A DNA stretch of 62,652 nt, the filler included, from Sphaeroforma arctica JP610 (Eukaryota): assembly GCF_001186125.1 (NCBI RefSeq). It is 6 parts of 3 records of this genome, joined end to end, with 100 filler letters (N's around TTAATTAATTAA, not from the genome) between each part and the next. Parts side by side here need not be neighbours in the genome. Positions count along the whole stretch, not along the records: positions 1 to 12,659 come from NW_014040556.1; positions 12,760 to 26,591 come from NW_014040556.1; 4 more parts are not named here. One strand, given 5' to 3'. Below the pieces are notes generated by a model. The model made no database searches. It saw only the letters and a program-made list of their open reading frames with translations, and was not told the origin of the DNA. The position numbers and the translations under genes were made by a program. Positions 9,668 through 18,022 of the stretch are shown in pieces. Positions within the stretch are counted from its first letter, which is position 1; every line of letters starts with the position of its first letter.

Positions 9668-11389
9668 TCAATTGAAGTCTGTTACGGACTCATCATCCTC
9701 TGCAGACTCGGGCAATGGACTACTCTGGGATCTCCTTGAGGACGACTCCCCTCTGCTGGCGATTCGAGCCTGTGACCCCGCTCTGCGTGGTTTTGGTGAC
9801 TTTGGCGGCACGATATCTCTGCGACATTTTGACAGTTTTAGGGATGTCTTTTTTTGTTCTTCTATATTCACCTGGATGTCGCTTGTCAAGTCGTCGATAC
9901 GCATGTGACTCCTCAGACTGTTGGGTGAAGTGAGTACGTTCGCATACTGGTTTGGCTCCAAATTCATATTGTCTGCTACAGTTGGTTTGCAGCCGGTCTT
10001 GAGCTTGCGAGATACTTCAGAGGCCTTCACCTTGGTGCCCAACACGGCGCTCTTCTTTGTGGTTCTCTGGGACTGTGCCCTGGGTTTTGTTTTGTGCTGG
10101 AGAAAGTATTTGGGGCTGTCAACAAACCGCTCGAGCTTGTCGCGTACCTCGGGAGTAAGTTTTAGTTTCTGTTCCGACACCACGTCATCAACGGCGAAAC
10201 GCACGATCGCCTGGTCTCTGGTAAGTTTGATCTTCAGGTGGCGCACCTTCATCCACTTCAAGTATGGCGTTTTGTCGGGGCGACTGCGCTTCTGAAGGAC
10301 CATCATGTCGCCACCCGGTGTCAAGTCCAGCGTTCCGGCCTTTATAATATTTCCATCCAGAGATGGGGGGATCATCGACTTACCCAGACGCACACTGCGG
10401 TACAGCCGGCTCATTTCGCGCGACTTTTTGAAATCGGCGTTGGGATCGGTAAAGTCGAGGGAGTGTTGGATGGGTCGTGCGGTAAAGTCTCGCGTGTACA
10501 TATCTGGGTACAAACTGGCGGCTGCCAGCTTCTCCAAATCGTCCTCAATGTCCTCGTCTCTTATCATGCGGGCTACGATCATCCCCCCGTTCTTACCGAA
10601 CTGAGTTTCACGCCAGTCGAGTGCAAACGTGCGGGACTTATCGGACGACTTATGGTGTCTTCTCGAGAACTCCCTAAAGTCTGCGTGGGTGCACCCCTTG
10701 GTGGTGAAGTTGATCTCATTGGGCTTGGACCCAACCTTGGTATCGCCACACGACGCCTCTACAGGGATCTTTATCCACCTGTAGGTTTGTATCCCGTTCA
10801 GCATGTTCCCTTTTGCAACACGGAACATCGTGCCATTGGAGTGGATGTACATGAGCCGGTCGTCGTAGTCTTCCCGGCTTGGTGAAAAGAACGGCCGCAC
10901 TGCGGCACTCTTCCAGTTGAACTTGTAGCTTCGGCCGTTCAACATCACACGGTTCAGCTTACCCAAGGTGGGCTTGTTGGCGTTGTGCACATTGAACACA
11001 TAGGGCAATCCATCCATCCCAATGTACAACCCATTGACCATGGCGCTGCGAAAGCGCATCACGTCCGTTGGCGTTTTGAGAAGCTCCTTTTCTTCAGCTG
11101 AAATGGGTTTATCCTGAAAGCTCCGGGAAAGCGTCTGCACGATGTCTGATGAGATGGGCACCGGTAGGGTGTTTGGGACAAAGTACTGTTCGCTCACCGG
11201 GGCGATCTTGAAATTTTTGAAAAAGTCGTGCTCCTTGTAGAATTCCACCAGGGGTTCGGCTATAAGAAGGTATTCTGTATACGCCGCGTCAAAGGCCAGC
11301 CGCGCATCCCTTTGCTTGGCTTCTTCGCGCGCCTCTTCGATTTCCCCGCGGGTGCGTCTAATGTTCTCGCTATCTTCGGATACCGACAT
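9668..11389 (-). CDS. Viral hypothetical protein (573 aa from MSVSED) with three degenerate G.DG..Y/M....W.K-type motifs and a basic/Ser-rich tail
   Basis: Start reassigned to ATG 11389 because the upstream extension is poly-A/T spacer; motifs IGMDGLPY..NWKS, HSNGTMF..RWIK, TPGGDMM..KWMK. Confidence 0.8.
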   Translation of the reverse strand: MSVSEDSENIRRTRGEIEEAREEAKQRDARLAFDAAYTEYLLIAEPLVEFYKEHDFFKNFKIAPVSEQYFVPNTLPVPISSDIVQTLSRSFQDKPISAEEKELLKTPTDVMRFRSAMVNGLYIGMDGLPYVFNVHNANKPTLGKLNRVMLNGRSYKFNWKSAAVRPFFSPSREDYDDRLMYIHSNGTMFRVAKGNMLNGIQTYRWIKIPVEASCGDTKVGSKPNEINFTTKGCTHADFREFSRRHHKSSDKSRTFALDWRETQFGKNGGMIVARMIRDEDIEDDLEKLAAASLYPDMYTRDFTARPIQHSLDFTDPNADFKKSREMSRLYRSVRLGKSMIPPSLDGNIIKAGTLDLTPGGDMMVLQKRSRPDKTPYLKWMKVRHLKIKLTRDQAIVRFAVDDVVSEQKLKLTPEVRDKLERFVDSPKYFLQHKTKPRAQSQRTTKKSAVLGTKVKASEVSRKLKTGCKPTVADNMNLEPNQYANVLTSPNSLRSHMRIDDLTSDIQVNIEEQKKTSLKLSKCRRDIVPPKSPKPRRAGSQARIASRGESSSRRSQSSPLPESAEDDESVTDFN

Positions 11390-11582
11390 GTTGTATAATT
11401 GGTGGGTTTTGTTTTTCGTTCCCAACAAATCCGTTAATCTTTCATTGTGGTAATAAAAAAAAAAAATAAAAAAAAATTTAGAGGGTTCGCGAAATCTGTG
11501 GAAAAATGCGGGGGATTTTTTTTTTTTGGTTAAACGATGCACGCCTGCCAATGAAAGCAGGACAGTTTAGCAGACCAGCAGC

Positions 11583-12194
11583 ATGAACACAACCTACCTC
11601 ATGTACGCCGTGGTGCTTGCGGCTCTCGCGGGCGGCGTCTACTGGTACATGTACATGCGGAACCCCACCACGGAGGCCTACGTGCCGTACCAGACCCACC
11701 GGCAGATGCCGGCCCCCACAATCCCACAGAACACTCTGCGGTGCACAAAGGTCCCCGGCAGCAGGCCGTCCGACTGCCGGTACTCCACCACCGAGGTCGT
11801 GCAGCCGGCGGTCACGGGCGCGGACGCGCTCGTGGGCCAGATGGGACACACACCCATCGAGTACGGGTACGGCGAGCAGGCGCCCGGCGGCGGCTGCGGC
11901 GGCGGGTACGACCCGACGTGCGGCGTGCAGGACACCCAGGACATTATCATTGACCGGAACCTGGTGTCGCTGCCGCGGCGCTCGCGCAACTCGGCCGTGG
12001 CCGACTTCTTCAGGGGCGACATCCCGATCGAGCCCATCCACGCAAACCTCAAGGACCCCTCGTGCCCTATCGTCTGCCGGCCGCGCGCCGACCCCACCAG
12101 GGACCTGCACGCCGGGCTCGGGAGCGTGATCTACGATGCGGGGCTGGACCGGGAACGCCGTGCGCTCATTGACCGATACGAGCAAACGTGCTAG
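11583..12194 (+). CDS. N-terminally anchored conserved NCLDV-type protein (DUF5850-like, from memory)
   Basis: TM segment aa 5-24; IIDR...SR....DFFRGDIPIEP...RP...P..DLHAG resembles a D.IRGD.PI.P family I recall from irido/marseille-like viruses. Confidence 0.65.
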   Translation: MNTTYLMYAVVLAALAGGVYWYMYMRNPTTEAYVPYQTHRQMPAPTIPQNTLRCTKVPGSRPSDCRYSTTEVVQPAVTGADALVGQMGHTPIEYGYGEQAPGGGCGGGYDPTCGVQDTQDIIIDRNLVSLPRRSRNSAVADFFRGDIPIEPIHANLKDPSCPIVCRPRADPTRDLHAGLGSVIYDAGLDRERRALIDRYEQTC

Positions 12195-12293
12195 ACAACA
12201 GCAAAAAAAAAAAAAATAGAAAAGCGCGCGACACTTTTTAATTTCAGTCACACTCGCACTAGTGTATTACTAAGCACATCAAACTACCTAACA

Positions 12294-12659
12294 ATGGACA
12301 CCGCCACCACCACGACCGCCGCCGTCCCGGACGAGTGCAAGCTTGCCGCCATCCAGTGGTACATGGTAGTCGCGCCGCCCGTGGACATGCTGGCCGCGCT
12401 CGACGACCCCAAGGCCAAGCGGGCCCTCACCTGGCTCCCGCTGTGGTACCTCGCGACGCTCGGGCCCGTGTGCGAGGCCGAGGTCTCGCGCGTGCACGCG
12501 CAGCCCGAGCTCGTCGCGGAGCAGTTCGGGCGCATGCGCCGGCTGGCCACCGAGGTCCTGGAAACGTTCTACCCGGGCATGTACGCCCGGTCCAAGGGTG
12601 CAACACGCATTGAGCGGTGCATCGACTTTTACGCGACGCACTGCCTCTCGTGCAGGGCA
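12294..12659 (+). CDS. Viral hypothetical protein, 3' truncated by the spacer
   Basis: ATG after an A-rich leader, open frame to the gap. Confidence 0.7.
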
Positions 12660-12759
12660 NNNNNNNNNNNNNNNNNNNNNNNNNNNNNNNNNNNNNNNNN
12701 NNNTTAATTAATTAANNNNNNNNNNNNNNNNNNNNNNNNNNNNNNNNNNNNNNNNNNNN
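12660..12759. other. Artificial spacer N44-TTAATTAATTAA-N44
   Basis: Exactly 100 nt, stops in all six frames, five identical occurrences. Confidence 0.97.
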
Positions 12760-13037
12760 TTGCCACGGCCGCTCGCCACGGCCCCGCTCGCCACGGCGCC
12801 GCCCCAGCGAGCCGGCGCCGGCGCCCCACGACAAGTGGCCCTCCCCCATGTCGGCGCCGCCGGCGCCGAGCGCGACGGCGAGCACGACCCGGGGGCTAGG
12901 GGCGCCTCCAGCTCGCTCTAGGAAGCTAGCTGACTCACGGAGCTGGAAAACAAAATTAATATATACATATATATGTGTTACAATTTTATTTTCAACTCAT
13001 TTCCACACTAACGTAGTTGCTGAAAGTATTTTTAATC

Positions 13038-13712
13038 ATGAAACGCTCGTCCGACGCCCGTTCGCCCCCCATGGCAAAATCCGCCCGTCTGACTGGGGCT
13101 GGGCCGCCTGCTGGTGTGCCGCCTGCTGGGCTGCTGTCTGATGCGATGAGTGGCTCTGACCCGGGTGCTGGCCCTGGCACGCCTCCTGGTGTGCTGCCTG
13201 CTAGACTGCTGCCTGCTGGGCTGCTGCCTGCTGGGCTGCTGCCTGCTGGGACTGCTGGTGGCCTCTCTGGCTCCTCTAACTCTTCTGGCTCCTCTAGATC
13301 TTCTGGCTCTGACCCGGGTGCTGGCCCTGGCACGTCTCCTGGTGTGCTGCCTGCTGGGCTGCTGCCTGCTGGGACTGCTGGTGGCCTCCCTGACTTGGGC
13401 TCTGACCTAGGTGCTGACCAGGCCGACGGCATGGACTCTGGCTTGGGCTCTGACCGCCCGGATGACGGGCTGCCTGCTGGGCCGTCTGCTGGGCTGGACG
13501 AACTGGCCTGCGAGTGGGGCACCTGTACTGAGCGATTTCATGACACCCCGGCCCTAGTCGAGCACTTGGAGCTGCACAAATTGGCCACAACGTGCTTCTG
13601 GCGAGGATGCTTTCATGTGGCGAATCGGAGACTACAGTGTTCGCCTGGGGCGCCTGGCCGGGACCAGCAACCAGGGGCTCGAGGCAACCGCCCTCGGCAG
13701 CACGGCTGGTGA
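13038..13712 (+). pseudogene. LLPAG-repeat protein with a C2H2 zinc finger, apparently truncated in a second finger
   Basis: Tandem CTGCTGCCTGCTGGG units; CEWGTC..F...ALVEHLELH is a complete finger, CFWRGC starts a second one, then the sequence switches to off-frame fibre repeats. Confidence 0.6.
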
Positions 13713-16700
13713 GACGGACCAGCACAAGCATGCCGTTGCCATTGGAAACAGCGCGGGCAATGCAAACCAGGGTATCCAGGCCGCGGCCCTGGGGTACAGT
13801 GCCGCGCACGACAGCCAGGGCGACGGCGCCGTGGCAATTGGGCGGCAGTCCGCGTATGCGAACCAAGGTACGGAGGGCGTTGCCATTGGGTCTAGCGCCG
13901 CATACACGGCCCAGGGCTCGGACGGGATCGCAATCGGCACCAGTGCCGGCAGCAACACACAGGGCACTTACGCCATTGCGCTCGGGCGCGAGGCCGGCAT
14001 GGTGACCCAGGCCACCGGCGGCATTGCGCTTGGTCGGCGGGCCGGCTATACCAGACAGGGCTACGGTGGCATTGGCATGGGCAGCTCGGCGGGCAACATG
14101 AACCAGGGCGAGTACGGCATAGCCATCGGCGACAACGCCGCCGCCTCGATGCAGGGCATCTACAGTGTGGCCGTTGGCACCGTCGCCGGGCGCACGAACC
14201 AGGGCCAGAGCGCCGTTGCGCTGGGCCGAGGTGCGGCCGAGACGACGCAGGGCGACCTCGCGACGGCTGTGGGCGCGTTCGCGGGCCAGTCGCAGCAGGG
14301 CGGCTCCGCTGTCGCTATTGGCAGCTCGGCCGGCCAGTCGCAGCAGGGCGGCTCCGCCGTGGCTATTGGACGGGATGCCGGTAAGACCGACCAGGGGGCC
14401 AATGCGGTGGCTATCGGCACCGCCGCCGGCGAGACGAGCCAGGCCGCGAGGAGTATCGTTGTCAACGCCAGTGGCGCCCCGCTGAACGCACCCGATCAGG
14501 GGTTCTACGTGTCGCCGATTCGCGCGACCGGAGCCACCCAAAACACGCTCTACTATGACGCGACTACAAAGGAGATCGTGTACGGTGCCACTATCACGTT
14601 ACCGGAAAGCGGCCCCGACGTGGAGTTTGGGACCTGCGTATCGGACTACTTGAGGTGGGACGGCACTGCGTGGGTAGCGGGCGGCTCCAGTGTGGCCATA
14701 GCCTGCGGAGCGGGCGGCTCCAACCAAGGTGGAAGCGCCGTGGCCGTCGGACAGAGCGCCGGGGCGACCGCGCAGGGGTCCGGGGCCGTGGCGCTGGGCC
14801 GGGAGGCCGGGCAGACCACCCAGGGGTACAGCGCCGTTGCGCTGGGCCGGGAGGCCGGTCGGATGTTGCAAGGGATGAACGCCGTGGCACTGGGTGCAGG
14901 AGCTGGGGCAAAGTCGCAGGGGGCGGACTCGGTGGCCATCGGAGGCCTCGCGGGCGCCTCAGACCAGGCTGCGGGAAGCATCATTATCAATGCGAGCGGC
15001 AAGGCTCTGAACGCTGCCTCGAAAGGACTGTACATGGACCCTGTGCGGTACGACAACACCGGGACCAGTGTACTGTACTACAACCCTGTGCTCAAGGAGA
15101 TTGTGTATGGCAACCGGGGCCCAGATATCGGGAGCGGGACGTGTGTGTCAGACTACTTGCGCTGGAACGGCACAAGCTGGGTGGCGGGCGGAAGCAGGGT
15201 GGCGCTCGCGTGCGGCGCTGGCGCTATGGGCCAGGGCGATGGTGCCGTAGCCGTCGGACAGGACGCGGGCGCCGCTGGCCAGGGGTCTGGTGGGGTCGCG
15301 CTGGGCATGGGTGCCGGTAAGACGAACCAGGGCTACAACGCAGTGGCGATCGGCAGCGCGGCCGGACAGACGAACCAGGCAGCAAGGAGTATCGTTGTCA
15401 ACGCGAGCGGGGTCCCGCTCAACGCACCGGGGAGAGGGCTGTACGTGGACCCCATCCGCAATGCCGGTGCGACGGCAAACACGCTGTACTACGACCCCGA
15501 CCTCAAGGAGATTGTGTATGGCGACAGTGGTCCAGACGTTGAATCTGGGACCTGTGTGTCGGACTACCTGCGCTGGAACGGCACCGCGTGGGTGTCGGGC
15601 GGCTCCAGGGTGGCGCTCGCGTGTGGGGCTGGGGCCGCAAACCAGGGCGATGGCGCCGTGGCCGTCGGACAGGACGCCGGGGCCACGGGCCAGGGTGACG
15701 AGAGCATAGCCATCGGGACCAGCGCTGGCCACAACACACAGAAAAGGTATGCCATAGCCGTCGGCCACGAAGCCGGGATGGAAAACCAGGCCATCAACGG
15801 CATTGCGATTGGACAGCGGGCGGGCCACACGAACCAGGAATATGGAAGTATAGGAATAGGCTACTTGGCTGGCAACACAGACCAAGGCGGATACGCGGTA
15901 GCCATCGGCGAGGACGCCGCAGCATCTGCACAGGGCGACTACAGCGTCGCCATTGGCAACCGCGCATGTACTACCAGTCAGGGTGCTGATTCAGTTGGCG
16001 TGGGGCGCAGTGTCGCCATGACGGCCCAGGGCGATCTCGCCACTGCGGTGGGTGCATATGCCGGACAGGACACACAAGGCGATTCTGCAGTTGCCGTGGG
16101 CGGCCAGGCCGGACAGTCTAAGCAAGGAGCCTCATCTGTAGCCGTCGGTTATGGTGCTGGCAACAAAGACCAGGGAGCCTCATCTGTGGCCGTCGGTATG
16201 GGCGCCGGAAGGACCAGTCAAGGTGCCAACGCGGTAGCTATCGGCAACTCGGCCGGCGATCTGAATCAGACGGCCGGCAGTATCGTTATCAATGCCAGCG
16301 GGGCTCCGCTCAACGCGCCCGAGGCGGGACTGTACGTGGACCCCATCCGAAATGCGGATGCCACACCGAACGTGCTGTACTACGATCCTGTACTCAAGGA
16401 GATTGTGTACGGCGAAGCTGAAGCCCCCATTACCGATGGCGGGTGTGTGTCCGACTACCTGCGATGGGACGGAACAGACTGGGTGCGTGGGGCGGACAAG
16501 GTAGCCATTGGCTGCGGCTCGGGGGCCATGGACCAGGGTGTGGACTCGGTGGCCATTGGCAAAAACGCTGGTACATCAGGACAGGGTTCATCCTCTGTTG
16601 CAATGGGACCGGGCGCCGGCGCAACAAATCAGGGGACTGGTTCGGTGGCAATTGGTTGGAATGCTGGTACAACGGACCAGTCATCTGGAACTTATAAACC

Positions 16701-17790
16701 CTGGGTAGCCGGTACTGGTAGTGTAGCGATTGGACAAGATGCTGCGGAGACCGCACAGGGTAAGAGCGCCGTAGCCATCGGTCCTTTGGCGGGGAACACC
16801 AATCAGGGTGGGGCGTGTATTGCAATAGGAGAGAACGCCGGGACTGTAAACCAGGGTACTTGGTCAGTATCTGTTGGATCGGCCTGTGGTGCGGATGAAC
16901 AGGGTATTTACTGTGTTGCTGTCGGGATAGAGGCCGGACGACGATCTCAGGGTCCTGAATCAGTTGGAGTTGGTTACTTCGCTGGAGAGAACAATCAGGG
17001 TACCCAGTGCGTATCCATAGGAAGCCGCGCCGCAGCAGTTGATCAGGGTGACTTCTCTATTGCACTGGGGGGCTACAGTGGCTTCGAACGCCAGGGGGCA
17101 GGATGCATTGCAATCGGGATGCGTGCGGGAGTGTATGATCAGCATGCGCGCACAACGGTTCTGCATGCCAACGACACGGACGCAGACGCGAATATTCTAA
17201 ACACCACACAAACAGACTCGTTCTTCGTCTCCAGCATCCGCAACGCCGCGGGCCCACACACGCTGACCTACAACCCCGCCACCAAGGAGATTTCGTACTC
17301 CACGTCCAACTCGGAAACCAAGGAAAACATTGTGCCGATCGACAACTCGTTTATTCTAGCGCTCGAGAACCTCCCCGTCTACCAGTTTAACTACAAGAAC
17401 AAGAACAAGTACCTTGTGGACTCGGAGCAGCCGGCGGCGGTAAGCTTTGCAGATTGGGCGGCAGAGCACGATGAGACGGACGACGACGACAAGGGCGCGT
17501 ACGAGGCGTACCTTGAGGAGCAGGCGTCAACCCATGTCCCCCCGGTGCCAGTCGAAAAGGAGGAAACGCACTTTGGCATGATGGCCGACGAAGTGCAGGC
17601 GCTCGCCCCCGAGCTCGTGTACGATGACCTGGACGGCAAGGCGCACGACATTAAATGGAACAGCATCATTTCGCTGCTAGTACTGCAGTGTCAGCTGCAG
17701 GAGAGGCGGATCGACGAGCTGGAGTACGAGTCGCAGCTGCAGCGGGCGCGCATCGATGATTTGGAATATAGGTTATCCTACGAAGATTAA
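13615..17790 (+). CDS. Trimeric fibre/adhesin-like protein: YadA-head-like repeats plus C-terminal intramolecular chaperone (Peptidase_S74/ICA)
   Basis: Dozens of 14-aa AVAIG..AG...QG repeats; five connectors (SI..NASG..LNA...G.YV.PIR...LYY....KEI.Y); SNSETKENI (S1231, K1236), FGMMADEVQALAPELV, terminal coiled coil. Confidence 0.88.
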   Translation: MWRIGDYSVRLGRLAGTSNQGLEATALGSTAGETDQHKHAVAIGNSAGNANQGIQAAALGYSAAHDSQGDGAVAIGRQSAYANQGTEGVAIGSSAAYTAQGSDGIAIGTSAGSNTQGTYAIALGREAGMVTQATGGIALGRRAGYTRQGYGGIGMGSSAGNMNQGEYGIAIGDNAAASMQGIYSVAVGTVAGRTNQGQSAVALGRGAAETTQGDLATAVGAFAGQSQQGGSAVAIGSSAGQSQQGGSAVAIGRDAGKTDQGANAVAIGTAAGETSQAARSIVVNASGAPLNAPDQGFYVSPIRATGATQNTLYYDATTKEIVYGATITLPESGPDVEFGTCVSDYLRWDGTAWVAGGSSVAIACGAGGSNQGGSAVAVGQSAGATAQGSGAVALGREAGQTTQGYSAVALGREAGRMLQGMNAVALGAGAGAKSQGADSVAIGGLAGASDQAAGSIIINASGKALNAASKGLYMDPVRYDNTGTSVLYYNPVLKEIVYGNRGPDIGSGTCVSDYLRWNGTSWVAGGSRVALACGAGAMGQGDGAVAVGQDAGAAGQGSGGVALGMGAGKTNQGYNAVAIGSAAGQTNQAARSIVVNASGVPLNAPGRGLYVDPIRNAGATANTLYYDPDLKEIVYGDSGPDVESGTCVSDYLRWNGTAWVSGGSRVALACGAGAANQGDGAVAVGQDAGATGQGDESIAIGTSAGHNTQKRYAIAVGHEAGMENQAINGIAIGQRAGHTNQEYGSIGIGYLAGNTDQGGYAVAIGEDAAASAQGDYSVAIGNRACTTSQGADSVGVGRSVAMTAQGDLATAVGAYAGQDTQGDSAVAVGGQAGQSKQGASSVAVGYGAGNKDQGASSVAVGMGAGRTSQGANAVAIGNSAGDLNQTAGSIVINASGAPLNAPEAGLYVDPIRNADATPNVLYYDPVLKEIVYGEAEAPITDGGCVSDYLRWDGTDWVRGADKVAIGCGSGAMDQGVDSVAIGKNAGTSGQGSSSVAMGPGAGATNQGTGSVAIGWNAGTTDQSSGTYKPWVAGTGSVAIGQDAAETAQGKSAVAIGPLAGNTNQGGACIAIGENAGTVNQGTWSVSVGSACGADEQGIYCVAVGIEAGRRSQGPESVGVGYFAGENNQGTQCVSIGSRAAAVDQGDFSIALGGYSGFERQGAGCIAIGMRAGVYDQHARTTVLHANDTDADANILNTTQTDSFFVSSIRNAAGPHTLTYNPATKEISYSTSNSETKENIVPIDNSFILALENLPVYQFNYKNKNKYLVDSEQPAAVSFADWAAEHDETDDDDKGAYEAYLEEQASTHVPPVPVEKEETHFGMMADEVQALAPELVYDDLDGKAHDIKWNSIISLLVLQCQLQERRIDELEYESQLQRARIDDLEYRLSYED

Positions 17791-17888
17791 GGCGCCCCCG
17801 CCCTTGGTGCGCGCGGGTTTTTAGGGTTTTGTCTGTGGGGCGATCCGAGCGGGCTGCGACTCTACGTAGTTACGCTGAGGGGAATACG

Positions 17889-18004
17889 TTTTATTTACAT
17901 ATCTCCTATACAATATTCTATATACAATTTTGTATGTACAATGTTCTATATACAATTTTCGTATAATAAGTTTTATTTACATATCTCCTATACAATATTC
18001 TATT
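17889..18004 (+). repeat. AT-rich direct repeats (TTTATTTACATATCTCCTATACAATATTCTAT x2) between convergent genes
   Basis: Read directly; a role in termination is inference only. Confidence 0.7.
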
Positions 18005-18022
18005 TTTTTTTACCATGTACTA

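Noticed and set aside
12704..12715. TTAATTAATTAA palindrome recurring five times (possible att site or piggyBac TTAA)
   Set aside because: Always centred in exactly 44+44 N; an artificial six-frame-stop spacer.
13615..17790. Bacterial trimeric autotransporter from a contaminant
   Set aside because: No signal peptide or YadA beta-barrel anchor; ends in an S74-type chaperone and is contiguous with viral RPB2.
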